From NCBI GenBank assembly GCA_965200315.1, contig OZ241362.1, forward strand, positions 4,000,001 through 4,064,000: a DNA stretch of 64,000 nt, in the 5' to 3' direction. Shown here in pieces: positions 30,529 through 39,871 of this stretch (position 1 is the stretch's first letter; every line of letters starts with the position of its first letter). The notes beneath the pieces were generated by a model. That model saw nothing but the letters and a program-made list of their open reading frames with translations, had not been told where the DNA came from and did no database searches. The stretch comes from Candidatus Latescibacterota bacterium (GTDB lineage Bacteria; Latescibacterota; UBA2968; UBA8231). The position numbers were made by a program, and so were the translations under genes.

Positions 30529-32952
30529 GTGCTCGGAAGAAAAAACAGAAACCCGAACCAAGAGATCGAAGAATATCGGGATCTAATGCAGGTCCCGGAC
30601 CACTTCGAGGACGGCTTCACGATCAAGGCCGTCCTCGGCGTGCTCTTCGTCGCTTTCATCATGGTGCCGGGCAATATGTACTTAAGCCTTATGATCGGAG
30701 GCTCTTTGGGGGCGGCGGCCGAGTGGGTGACCATCATCCTCTTCGCCGAAATCACCAAGCGCTCCTTCTCCTCCCTCCGGCGCCAAGAAGTCTATGTGCT
30801 GTTCTACGTGGCTTCCTCGCTGATTGCCGCTGAGACCGGCGCCTTTGAGGGCTTGCTCTACAACCAGTACTTGGTGCAATCGCCGGCGGCCAAGCAGTTC
30901 GGCATCACCAAGCTGATCCCCACTTGGGTGGCACCGCCGGCCGACTCTCTCGCCATCATTGAGCGCACCTTCCTGCACTCGGATTGGGCGATGCCGATCG
31001 TCCTCCTAGTCTTGGGGATGATCATCTCGCGCATCAACTGGTTCACTATGTCGTACGCGCTCTTCCGGCTCAGCTCCGACTACGAGCGCCTGCCCTTTCC
31101 CTTCGCGCCCGTAAACGCCCAAGGCGCTACGGCACTAGCTGAGACCACCCAAGGGGTTGAGACGTGGCGCTGGCGAGTATTTTCGGCCGGGGCGATGATC
31201 GGCTTGGTCTTTGGCACGATCTACGTAGCCTTGCCGGCCATTACGGGTGCGCTGCTGACCGAGCCGATTCAACTCATACCCATTCCCTTTGTTGACTTCA
31301 CGCAAGTCACCGGCAACTTCATCCCGGCCACTCCGCTGGGGTTTTCCGCGCACTTGGGGCCGATCTTCACCGGGCTAGTGGTCCCGTTCTGGGGAGTAGT
31401 CGGCACCTTTATCGGCGTGGTCGTCGCCTCAATCGCCAATCCGCTGCTCTATACTTGGACGCCTCCGTGGCGCGAGGACGAGGGGCCTTACCTGAACTTG
31501 TGGCAGCAAGGCATGGGCACGGTCGAGACCTTCTTCGTCAACAACGTCGATTTCTGGATGAGTTTCGGCATCGGCACCACCATCGCCATCGCCGTCATCG
31601 GCATCTATCAGGTATTTCAAAGCGTGCGCAGTGCTAGGGCCAACACCGATGAAGGCGAGCTCAAGCGCAGCTTCGCCACGCCCGCGGGCCGTGGCGATTT
31701 CCCTATCTGGCTGGCGCTGGCACTATACGCCGTGGCCACGGCTGGCCTGATCGGCATCGCCGCTTGGCTACTGCCGGGCATTTCCCAATTCATCTGGTTC
31801 TTCCTCTTTTTTGGTTTTGTATTCACGCCCTTTCAGTCCTTCGTCAACGCCCGCCTAGTCGGGATGGTGGGGCAGACGGTGGATATCCCCTTCGTGCGCG
31901 AGGCCACGATTATCTTCTCTGGGTACCGCGGCGTCGACATCTGGTTCATTCCGTTTCCCTTGGGTAACTACGGTGCCCAGACCATGAAATTCCGCGAGAT
32001 CGAACTGACCGGCACCCAGTTTACCAGCATCATCCGCGCCGAAATTTTCATGGTGCCCATCGTGCTCTTCACCAGTTTTCTCTACGGCTCCTATATCTGG
32101 AAACTGGCACCAATCCCCTCGGCCTCCTACCCCTATGCCCAGCTAATCTGGCGGCTGCGCGCCTACCAGCAATGCCTCTTTATCACCGGCACCATGCGCA
32201 GCGAACTGGCCATAGACCAAGATCGGGCGGGGTGGACCCCTGCTAACCTGATTGAAAACGAGTGGTGGTACTGGCGGGTGCGGCTGGTGGATCAGGAGTG
32301 GCTGGACTCCAACGGCAAGCGCGGCCAAATCGGGCCGTGGATGCCGACCCAAGTTTTCTACTCGTACTTCGAGCAAGGGACACCCGATATCGTTGTCGAG
32401 CGCTATCTGCGCGACGCGCAGCTAGCCGAAGAGGAAATTGTCGAGGGCCTGCCAGCGATTGCGCCACTGGAGCCGGCTATGGACGCCGTCATCCGCGCTC
32501 CCCGTCCGACCCTCGAAGTGCAAGTCGAGCGGGCCGTGCCAGCGGGATGGTCTTTCTACTTTGAAGTTGATACCGATCCGCTCTTTACCAGCTCTTGGAT
32601 CCAGCGCTCCACCGATGAGCCTTGGCTCTTTAAGGCCCTAAAAGAAGAGGTCATCGCCTTTGGGGCCATCTTCGGGCTGGTGAGCTTCATTCTGCTGTCC
32701 ATTCTCGGACTGCCGATCCTGCTGATCTTTGGCTTCGTGCGCTCGCTGACGACCCTGCCGCATTTCGTGGTGACTGAGATCATCGGTGCGCTCTTAGCTC
32801 GCTACTACTTTTGGAACAAGTACGGGCGGCAGGAATGGCGGCAGTTTGCCCCTATTCTGGCAGTGGGCTTTTCCTGCGGCATGGCACTGATGGGTATGGC
32901 GTCGGTGGGGATCGCCCTGATCCAGAAATCGGTCTCGGTGCTGATCTTCTAG
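30529..32952 (+). CDS. OPT-like ('peptide transporter') polytopic membrane protein with a soluble insert
   Basis: GFTIKAV..FIMVPG, AAEWVTIILF, ERLPFP, IPFVREA, APIPSASYPY; RBS GGGAGG before GTG. Confidence 0.75.
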   Translation: MLGRKNRNPNQEIEEYRDLMQVPDHFEDGFTIKAVLGVLFVAFIMVPGNMYLSLMIGGSLGAAAEWVTIILFAEITKRSFSSLRRQEVYVLFYVASSLIAAETGAFEGLLYNQYLVQSPAAKQFGITKLIPTWVAPPADSLAIIERTFLHSDWAMPIVLLVLGMIISRINWFTMSYALFRLSSDYERLPFPFAPVNAQGATALAETTQGVETWRWRVFSAGAMIGLVFGTIYVALPAITGALLTEPIQLIPIPFVDFTQVTGNFIPATPLGFSAHLGPIFTGLVVPFWGVVGTFIGVVVASIANPLLYTWTPPWREDEGPYLNLWQQGMGTVETFFVNNVDFWMSFGIGTTIAIAVIGIYQVFQSVRSARANTDEGELKRSFATPAGRGDFPIWLALALYAVATAGLIGIAAWLLPGISQFIWFFLFFGFVFTPFQSFVNARLVGMVGQTVDIPFVREATIIFSGYRGVDIWFIPFPLGNYGAQTMKFREIELTGTQFTSIIRAEIFMVPIVLFTSFLYGSYIWKLAPIPSASYPYAQLIWRLRAYQQCLFITGTMRSELAIDQDRAGWTPANLIENEWWYWRVRLVDQEWLDSNGKRGQIGPWMPTQVFYSYFEQGTPDIVVERYLRDAQLAEEEIVEGLPAIAPLEPAMDAVIRAPRPTLEVQVERAVPAGWSFYFEVDTDPLFTSSWIQRSTDEPWLFKALKEEVIAFGAIFGLVSFILLSILGLPILLIFGFVRSLTTLPHFVVTEIIGALLARYYFWNKYGRQEWRQFAPILAVGFSCGMALMGMASVGIALIQKSVSVLIF

Positions 32953-32953
32953 C

Positions 32954-33949
32954 ATGAGCGACTGGGTAGATTTCGCTTGGCAAGGGCTGCGGCTGTCCGT
33001 GCCCGACGACTGGAACCTCGGCCGAGTTGACGGGGACTTTGAAAAGGGCTATGCCCGCCTCGACGACGCCGAAATCGTGCGCGCCGAAATCGAATGGCGG
33101 CGTCTCAAAGGCCGCGGCGAGGCCCTGCGCCTGACCGAACTGGTAGATCGCTACTTGGCCAACCTGCAAAAGAAGGCCCAAAAGGTCGATGCCCCCTTTG
33201 AGGTTCAGCGCCGCGCTCGATTCCTCAAAAACAAGAAATTCCTCGAAGGCCGCGAATACGAGGTCTTCATCTGGGAGGCTGACTTCCGCGCGTACAACCT
33301 AGCGCTCGCCTTGGAGTCCGGCCGGGTTGTGCTCCTGAGAGTGCTGGCCAAGCTAGACGAGTTTTTGCCCGAGCAAGCCGAGGCTGTGTTTAGCTCGCTC
33401 GTCGATCAAGAAGCCAAGGCCGCTCATTTGTGGAGCGTGTACGGCTTGCGGTTTTTTGCGCCCAGCGACCTTAAGCTACAAAGCCATTCCCTCAAGTCGG
33501 GCCATATTGAGCTAGAGTTCTCTCTCGGCAAACAGGTTCTAAAAGTGCATCGATTGAGCATGGCCCGGATCATGCTCAAAGACGCGCACATCCAAGACTG
33601 GTATCCGGTCTTTTTTAAGAAACAACTGCGCGACTTCGTGGTGGACATTATTCCAGAAGCCGTGCAGGAACACGAGGGCATTCGCATCGAAGGGCGGCCG
33701 CGCAGCCGCTGGCGTCAGCTACTGAGGCCCCTACCCTTTATGAATCCGAGGCCGCGCCTATACATGCGGGGGCGCGTCTGGCGCGATACCAGCATCGACA
33801 AAATCGCCATCATCGAGCACCTCTACCGCAAGAAAGACGCAAAAGACGACGAGCTAGTCGCCAAGGTAGTAGATGGGCATTTTATCAAAAAACAAGGGAC
33901 CCAAGCTGAGCCGGGCCGCCATGCTGGCGTCGCGGCCAACGCGCAATGA
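32954..33949 (+). CDS. Hypothetical soluble protein with a two-fold internal repeat
   Basis: Starts 1 nt after the upstream stop; repeated W.GLR..P.D..L halves. Confidence 0.75.
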   Translation: MSDWVDFAWQGLRLSVPDDWNLGRVDGDFEKGYARLDDAEIVRAEIEWRRLKGRGEALRLTELVDRYLANLQKKAQKVDAPFEVQRRARFLKNKKFLEGREYEVFIWEADFRAYNLALALESGRVVLLRVLAKLDEFLPEQAEAVFSSLVDQEAKAAHLWSVYGLRFFAPSDLKLQSHSLKSGHIELEFSLGKQVLKVHRLSMARIMLKDAHIQDWYPVFFKKQLRDFVVDIIPEAVQEHEGIRIEGRPRSRWRQLLRPLPFMNPRPRLYMRGRVWRDTSIDKIAIIEHLYRKKDAKDDELVAKVVDGHFIKKQGTQAEPGRHAGVAANAQ

Positions 33950-34322
33950 GTCCCTGCGCTGGGAAGACAACGACAACGGCGAGACCCAAGTATTCATAAC
34001 GCGCCAGAACACCTGGAAGGTGCGGCTGTTGTCCAAGTTTTTCTATATCCCCAAGCAGCGCAAAATCACCCTCGACGAAGTCGGCAGCGAGGTCTGGCGG
34101 ATGTGCAACGGCCGCAACTCGGTTGGCGATATGATCGCAGAGCTCAGCGACAAGTACCAGCTCAACCGCAAAGAGGCCGAGGTCTCCCTGCTCCAGTATT
34201 TGAAGACCCTTGGGCAAAAGCGCTTTATCGGCTTCGTACTAGAGGGCGACAAGAGGCCGCCTGATCGCGGCGCGGCCAGCGGAAAAAAATGGCAAAACAA
34301 ATCGAGCGGGGCGAGCAATTAG
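33873..34322 (+). CDS. PqqD family / RiPP-recognition-element protein
   Basis: ITLDEVGSEVWRMCNGRNSVGDMIAELSDKY..EAEVSLLQYLKTL..KRFI pattern. Confidence 0.85.
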   Translation: MGILSKNKGPKLSRAAMLASRPTRNESLRWEDNDNGETQVFITRQNTWKVRLLSKFFYIPKQRKITLDEVGSEVWRMCNGRNSVGDMIAELSDKYQLNRKEAEVSLLQYLKTLGQKRFIGFVLEGDKRPPDRGAASGKKWQNKSSGASN

Positions 34323-34909
34323 CTCGTCCCTTTTTTCGTCTGCATCCGCACCGAGTCGCACACTTCCTCTCCCACTTGCTCAATCCCGCACTGCTGGCAT
34401 TCTTGGTCTTCGGCGTCCAAGCGCATGTGCTGGGCGACTGGTTCGCCGGTTCGGTGGCCATTGGAACCTTCTCTGTGGTGCCCGGATTGCTACTCTGGCA
34501 CTTGGTGCGGGCGGGCTATCTCGACAAAGCCTATACAGACGACCGCAACAAGCGCGCTACCCTGCTCTTGCTGGGCGCTCTTTGCTACACCTTGGGGGCG
34601 GCGGCTCTCTACGGGGTCGGAGCTCCGCCCCTGATGCTGGTCACGGCCGCGTCCTGTGCCGTTAGTACGCTCTTGGTTTGGTGGATCAATCGCTCCTACA
34701 AGATCAGCATCCACGCGGCTGGTGTCGGGGGGGCGACCTGCGTATTGTTGGTCAGCGTCGGCAGCGTAGCGTGGCCCTTCTTACTCAGTTGGCCCGCTGT
34801 CGCTTGGGCGCGGCTTTACTTGCGGGCGCATACTCCCATGCAGGTCGTCGCGGGCGGCGCGCTGGGCGCGGGGAGTACGGCCATGCTGTACAGTGCTTTC
34901 ATATTGTGA
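34289..34909 (+). CDS. PAP2-like membrane protein
   Basis: Hydrophobic; KISIHA and WARLYLRAHTPMQVVAG motifs. Confidence 0.75.
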   Translation: MAKQIERGEQLARPFFRLHPHRVAHFLSHLLNPALLAFLVFGVQAHVLGDWFAGSVAIGTFSVVPGLLLWHLVRAGYLDKAYTDDRNKRATLLLLGALCYTLGAAALYGVGAPPLMLVTAASCAVSTLLVWWINRSYKISIHAAGVGGATCVLLVSVGSVAWPFLLSWPAVAWARLYLRAHTPMQVVAGGALGAGSTAMLYSAFIL

Positions 34910-34918
34910 GCGCGGCAG

Positions 34919-37057
34919 ATGAACCAATCGTATAAAGGCTTTATAGATCGCCTGACCTACCACAACCCGGAAAACGGCTATACCATTGCGCGCTTAGTCG
35001 TTGAGGGCCAGCGGGAGCGGATCGCAATCGTGGGGGCGATTGCCTCCATCCAAGAGGGCGAGAGCGTCGAAGTCGAAGGCGTGTGGACCCAGCATCCCAA
35101 ATACGGCAAACAGCTCAAGGTGGAGCGCTATAAGGCCGTTTATCCCTCGACTCTCGAAGGCATGCAAAAGTACCTCGGGTCTGGTTTGATCAAAGGCGTC
35201 GGGCCGAAGTCGGCCAAGCGCATCGTCGATCACTTTGGCGCGGAAACGCTCGACATCATCGACGCAGATGCCCGCCGGCTAGAGGAAGTGCCCAAGCTGG
35301 GCAAAAAGCGGGTCGAGCTGATTGCCGCGGCTTGGGACGAGCAGCGGCAAATCAAGGACGTGATGGTCTTTTTGCAGTCGCACGGGATTACCACCGGCTA
35401 CGCGGTAAAAATTTTTAAGACCTACGGCCAAGAGGCCATCCAAAAGGTCCGCAGCGATCCCTATCGCCTAGAGCGCGATGTGGATGGGATCGGCTTCCGC
35501 ATCGCCGACCGCATTGCCCAGTGCTTGGGCCTCGGCCGCGACGCCCCCGAGCGCGTACAGGCCGGCATCCGCTACCTGCTCTCCGAAGCGGCCGACGAAG
35601 GCCACGTGTACCTGCCGGCCGTCGAAATGATGGAGCGGGCCATCGAAATTTTGGACATCAACGCCGAACTGCTGCCGCCGGCATTGGAGGCCCTGCGCAC
35701 TGACGACGGCGTAGTCACCGAAGACATGCACTACTATCTGCCGCCGCTCCACCGCGCCGAAGTGGGTGCCGCATCGTCGCTAAAGCGGCTTTTGCGAGCA
35801 CCAGCCGAAGAATTGGCCGTGCCCTCAGAAGCTGAAGACGAGCTGGAATTGGCTCCGGCGCAAAGACAGGCTGTGGAACTGGTCGCCACGAGCAAGGTGC
35901 TGGTGCTAACCGGCGGGCCGGGCACCGGCAAGACTACGGTCACGCGGCGCATTTTGCACCTGTTGGAGGAAGGCGGCCTCAAGGTCGCGCTGTGCTCGCC
36001 TACGGGCCGCGCTGCCAAGCGGTTGAGCGAGGCCAGCGGGCGCGAGGCCAAGACCATTCATCGGCTGCTCGGATTTCAGCCGGGCGAGCGGCAGTTCAAA
36101 AAGGGCTACGACGACCGCCTGGAGCTCGACGCGCTGATCGTCGATGAGGCTTCCATGATCGACGTGGTGCTGTTGAACGCACTCCTGCGCGCCCTGCCCG
36201 ACCGCGCTCGGCTGATATTAGTCGGCGACATCGACCAGTTGCCTTCGGTGGGGCCGGGCAACGTGCTCCGCGACATCATCGACTCCGCAGAAGTGCCGGT
36301 GGTGCGCCTGACGCAAATTTTTCGCCAAGCTCAAAAAAGCCACATCATCCGCAACGCGCACCGCATCAACAGCGGCGAAATGCCCGTTATCGACAACCAT
36401 GCGGCAGCGGATTTCTACTTCGTCCGCGAGGGCGACCCGAAAAAAGTGGTCGAGCTGGTGGAGGAGTTGTGCGCCACGCGGCTGCCCAGCTATCGGGGGT
36501 GGGATCGGCGCAGCGACATCCAAGTGCTGTCGCCCATGTACCGCGGCGAGACTGGCGCACTCAACCTCAACCAGCGGCTGCAACAGTGCCTCAATCCGCA
36601 CGGCCAAGCGCACCGCCATCGCGGGGCCGAGTTCCGGGTGGGTGACAAGGTCATGCAGGTCAAGAACAACTACGACAAGGGCGTTTTTAACGGCGACATC
36701 GGCACGGTCGAGCGGCTCGATGCCGAAAAGCAGGTACTCTACGTGCGCTTTGACTACACCCTCGAATACGATCAAGTCGATCTCGACCAGCTTACCCTCG
36801 CCTACGCCATCAGCATCCACCGCTCTCAGGGGTCGGAATTTCCCGTGGTGGTGCTGCCGCTGACGACTCAGCACTACATTATGCTACAGCGCAACCTGCT
36901 CTACACGGCCATTACCCGCGCCAAGCAAATGATCGTCATCGTCGGCACCCCCAAGGCCCTCAAGCTAGCCATTGCCAACGACAAGGTCGCCCAGCGTTAC
37001 ACCACGCTCAAGGAGTGGCTGCGCGGCGAGGTCGGCACGGTGCTGGAAGCGGGTTGA
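34919..37057 (+). CDS. recD2: ATP-dependent RecD2-type helicase
   Basis: YLGSGLIKGVGP, TGGPGTGKTT, DEASM, GDIDQLPSVGPG, GDKVMQ, AYAISIHRSQGSE, LLYTAITRA. Confidence 0.95.
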   Translation: MNQSYKGFIDRLTYHNPENGYTIARLVVEGQRERIAIVGAIASIQEGESVEVEGVWTQHPKYGKQLKVERYKAVYPSTLEGMQKYLGSGLIKGVGPKSAKRIVDHFGAETLDIIDADARRLEEVPKLGKKRVELIAAAWDEQRQIKDVMVFLQSHGITTGYAVKIFKTYGQEAIQKVRSDPYRLERDVDGIGFRIADRIAQCLGLGRDAPERVQAGIRYLLSEAADEGHVYLPAVEMMERAIEILDINAELLPPALEALRTDDGVVTEDMHYYLPPLHRAEVGAASSLKRLLRAPAEELAVPSEAEDELELAPAQRQAVELVATSKVLVLTGGPGTGKTTVTRRILHLLEEGGLKVALCSPTGRAAKRLSEASGREAKTIHRLLGFQPGERQFKKGYDDRLELDALIVDEASMIDVVLLNALLRALPDRARLILVGDIDQLPSVGPGNVLRDIIDSAEVPVVRLTQIFRQAQKSHIIRNAHRINSGEMPVIDNHAAADFYFVREGDPKKVVELVEELCATRLPSYRGWDRRSDIQVLSPMYRGETGALNLNQRLQQCLNPHGQAHRHRGAEFRVGDKVMQVKNNYDKGVFNGDIGTVERLDAEKQVLYVRFDYTLEYDQVDLDQLTLAYAISIHRSQGSEFPVVVLPLTTQHYIMLQRNLLYTAITRAKQMIVIVGTPKALKLAIANDKVAQRYTTLKEWLRGEVGTVLEAG

Positions 37058-37194
37058 GTTGAGAGTCAGAATTGTTCGCTGGTGAACTTATTGACTGACG
37101 TTGCGCTGCTTGTGCCGCGAGCGTGTCCAGTGATTCGCCGGGGCCACTTCCTACACCCAAATGCACAACATGACTTATTGAAGGGGTATATTCG

Positions 37195-37974
37195 ATGAAT
37201 GAGTACCATGCTGCCAATAGGAAACGCTGGAATCTAGCCGCGCCTCAATACGCGGAAAAGCACGACCAAAATGGCACTTGGCGGATTGCCCATCAGCGAC
37301 CAGAAGTCGTCTTCCGCGAGCGAGAATTGGAGCTGATGGGCACGGTCCGCTGCCGAGACGTTTGCGTTCTCGGCAGCGGCGATAACATCGCCGTATTCGC
37401 CTTGGCGGGAATGGGTGCCCATGTAACCTCGGTTGACATTTCTAGCGAGCAACTAAAGGTGGCGCGGCAACGATCAACGGAACTCGGATTGACCGTTCAG
37501 TACGTCGAAGCAGATGTTGTGGACCTTAGCGGTCTAGAGAGTACAGCATTCGATCTCGTTTACACCGGCGGTCACGTCGGCGTCTGGGTCTCCGATCTCC
37601 GAGCGTACTACCGAGAGGCCATTCGCATTCTTCGCTCAGGAGGCCTGCTCCTGATCAACGAATATCATCCCTTCAGGAGGATCTGGAAGGACCAAGAAAC
37701 GGCGTTAGAGGTTGGGTTCAGCTACTTTGACAATGGACCACATAAGTACGGCCCTTCAGCAGAGCTGCTAGAACGGTCATCTGGAAATGTAGTGCAGTAC
37801 GAATTTCACTGGACGGTTTCCCAGTATCTCAATGCCGTTATCGAGCAAGGAGTAGAGCTGGTCAAGTTTGAAGAAATGGGCGACGACGCCGAAGGCTGGG
37901 AGTACGCTCCCCTTGAAGGATTGCCCCAAATGCTGGTGATCGCTGGCCGGAAGATGCCCGCTTCGGCTTCTTAA
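37195..37974 (+). CDS. Class I SAM-dependent methyltransferase
   Basis: VCVLGSG, VTSVDIS, FDLVYT, ILRSGG..EYHP. Confidence 0.85.
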   Translation: MNEYHAANRKRWNLAAPQYAEKHDQNGTWRIAHQRPEVVFRERELELMGTVRCRDVCVLGSGDNIAVFALAGMGAHVTSVDISSEQLKVARQRSTELGLTVQYVEADVVDLSGLESTAFDLVYTGGHVGVWVSDLRAYYREAIRILRSGGLLLINEYHPFRRIWKDQETALEVGFSYFDNGPHKYGPSAELLERSSGNVVQYEFHWTVSQYLNAVIEQGVELVKFEEMGDDAEGWEYAPLEGLPQMLVIAGRKMPASAS

Positions 37975-38090
37975 AAGTTCGTTCGGAGATGGCCTTAACC
38001 GCGCGCCTGATCCAGCGTCAAAAAATGGCGTGTAGAGCACGTCTTCTTTTGCCAGTAGGCGCGTCGGCAGCCACTTTGCGCGGAAGGTAC

Positions 38091-39560
38091 TCACGCGACG
38101 GAAACCTTGTCGTCCTCAACCGTTACCGCGCCGTCCTGCACCAGCTTTTTCAGCACAGATCCTACCTTGCGATTCGCTTTGGCCGTTAGGTGGCGAAAGC
38201 CCATCAGCGACAGGGCCGCAGAAATGGCCTCTTCTTCCGCCAAGCTAAAGGCCGCACGGATTACCGCGAGCAAGGCCGCGCCAATTTCCTCGTCGGGCAC
38301 CAACTCGATTTTCTTGGCGGCGGGTGGCAGGTCCGAGCGGTCGCGCACCCTCACCGGCTCGTCGCTATCGGCAAACAGGAAGTCGCCTTTGAGGTGGAGG
38401 AAGCCGTTCCTTTGACCGTATGCAGCGGCCCGTTTTATATGCTCTAGCATTCGCGAACCCACGCGGGCAAAACCGGCCGAGTCAGCGAGCCGCCGCGCCG
38501 CCTCTGTCAGGTGAACCGGGCCTTCAATGCCGATCACCTCGCGCATGGCTTGGGCGACATCCTCTAGGGCCAACTCGTGGAGCTCGTCGAATTCGTCAAT
38601 GCCCAAATCGCCCGTGGCCAACACATAAGCGGCGGCCTGCAAGTTGTTTTCCGTCGGCTCACCGCGCTCGATGCGCTTGGGTTGCGCTGCGGAGCGGGGC
38701 TGTTCGGCGTGTGTTTCTTTCGCCTCGTAAAAGCGCAGTGCTTGCTCAATGGAATCCTTGAGGCGGACGCTTTCTCCATGGGTATTGCGGAACCAGTCAG
38801 TACTCCAAATGCGATGGAAGCGCCAACCCAAGCCCTCCAGCACACTCTGGCGCAAACGGTCGCGGTCGCGGGCCGTTGCCGAGCTGTGGTAAGTCGCGCC
38901 ATCGCACTCTACCCAGCGCGGCTGACGATCCACGCCATCGGCCACTTCTTTTAAGTACCTATCAATGTCTAGCTCTTCCCCGAACTCCGGCAACGCTATC
39001 TCGAACTCGCTTTTTAGTTTGTTGGCAAGCGTCAGATTCGCACCGAGAAAGGCCTGCGTGTACGCCACCTTGTAACGCGCTCTCGCACTGCCGCGCTCCA
39101 AGGCGACCGGCACTAATACGAGCGGTGCTTTGCGGGGCGTGGAGGAGTTTTCGTCTTCATACCAAATCAAGAAGCCCAAGGCCAGATACAAAAGATCGAC
39201 GCCCTGCTCTTGGTAGTAGCCCTCGGCCTCTGCGCTGATCTTGATCAGTCTTTTATCCAGCGCGTCCTCGGCGAGTTTGGTTTGCAGGCGGTTATCGGTA
39301 TGGCGGCGGTCTCCGTATTGGTCTTCCAAAATTTTGGGCAGTGCCTGCGGGTCGCTTTCGTCCTCCAGCGACGCGGGCAGCGGGATAAAAGCCATGGGCT
39401 TTTGCTCGGCGACCAATATCTGAAATACCTCCCGCGCCCGCTCGTCGATCACTTCGAGCGTTTTCGCGCCGGAACGAAAATTGAGCAGCGTGTTGCCACG
39501 CAGGCCCATATCCAACAATTCCGCCCGGCTGACTTCCAGTTTCTCTGCTAAAAGTTGCAT
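38091..39560 (-). CDS. DUF4011 + REase-like + DUF3320 protein, internally deleted (no SF1 helicase); possible pseudogene
   Basis: N-terminal LLDMGLRGNTLLNF..LYLALGFL..APLVLVPV joined directly to VECDGATYHSSATARDRDRLRQ..GWRFHRIWSTDW; C-terminal EGPVH..LSLMGF. Confidence 0.85.
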   Translation of the reverse strand: MQLLAEKLEVSRAELLDMGLRGNTLLNFRSGAKTLEVIDERAREVFQILVAEQKPMAFIPLPASLEDESDPQALPKILEDQYGDRRHTDNRLQTKLAEDALDKRLIKISAEAEGYYQEQGVDLLYLALGFLIWYEDENSSTPRKAPLVLVPVALERGSARARYKVAYTQAFLGANLTLANKLKSEFEIALPEFGEELDIDRYLKEVADGVDRQPRWVECDGATYHSSATARDRDRLRQSVLEGLGWRFHRIWSTDWFRNTHGESVRLKDSIEQALRFYEAKETHAEQPRSAAQPKRIERGEPTENNLQAAAYVLATGDLGIDEFDELHELALEDVAQAMREVIGIEGPVHLTEAARRLADSAGFARVGSRMLEHIKRAAAYGQRNGFLHLKGDFLFADSDEPVRVRDRSDLPPAAKKIELVPDEEIGAALLAVIRAAFSLAEEEAISAALSLMGFRHLTAKANRKVGSVLKKLVQDGAVTVEDDKVSVA

Positions 39561-39704
39561 GTTAGTGGTAACTCAGGAGTGAGGCGTGGCTTTTGAGGCG
39601 TTGCGAAAATGGCATATAGAATGCGCCTTTCTTGGTCCGCTAGGCGCGGAAGATGGCGGCGGGCACTTTGTCCGGCGCGGCGACCCCCAAAACCCGTCGA
39701 GCCC

Positions 39705-39848
39705 TATAGCGGTCCTAAATCACTTGCGGCGTTTGCCGGGTTGTGCTCTCATCGACTTGGCCCGGCCGGTGCCTAATGGTCCGTCCGTGCGTCCTTGGGG
39801 AGGACCCCGCGATGCGCCGCATCGCACGAATGAGGTAGGCTTGCTATA
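39705..39848. mobile_element. Putative MITE (IS630/Tc1-like ends, TA-flanked)
   Basis: Left TATAGCGGTCCTAAATCACTTGCG and right CACGAATGAGGTAGGCTTGCTATA are imperfect inverted repeats (16/24 by eye); no transposase inside. Confidence 0.5.
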
Positions 39849-39871
39849 TCATCGTTAGCGACCGGGGCCCT

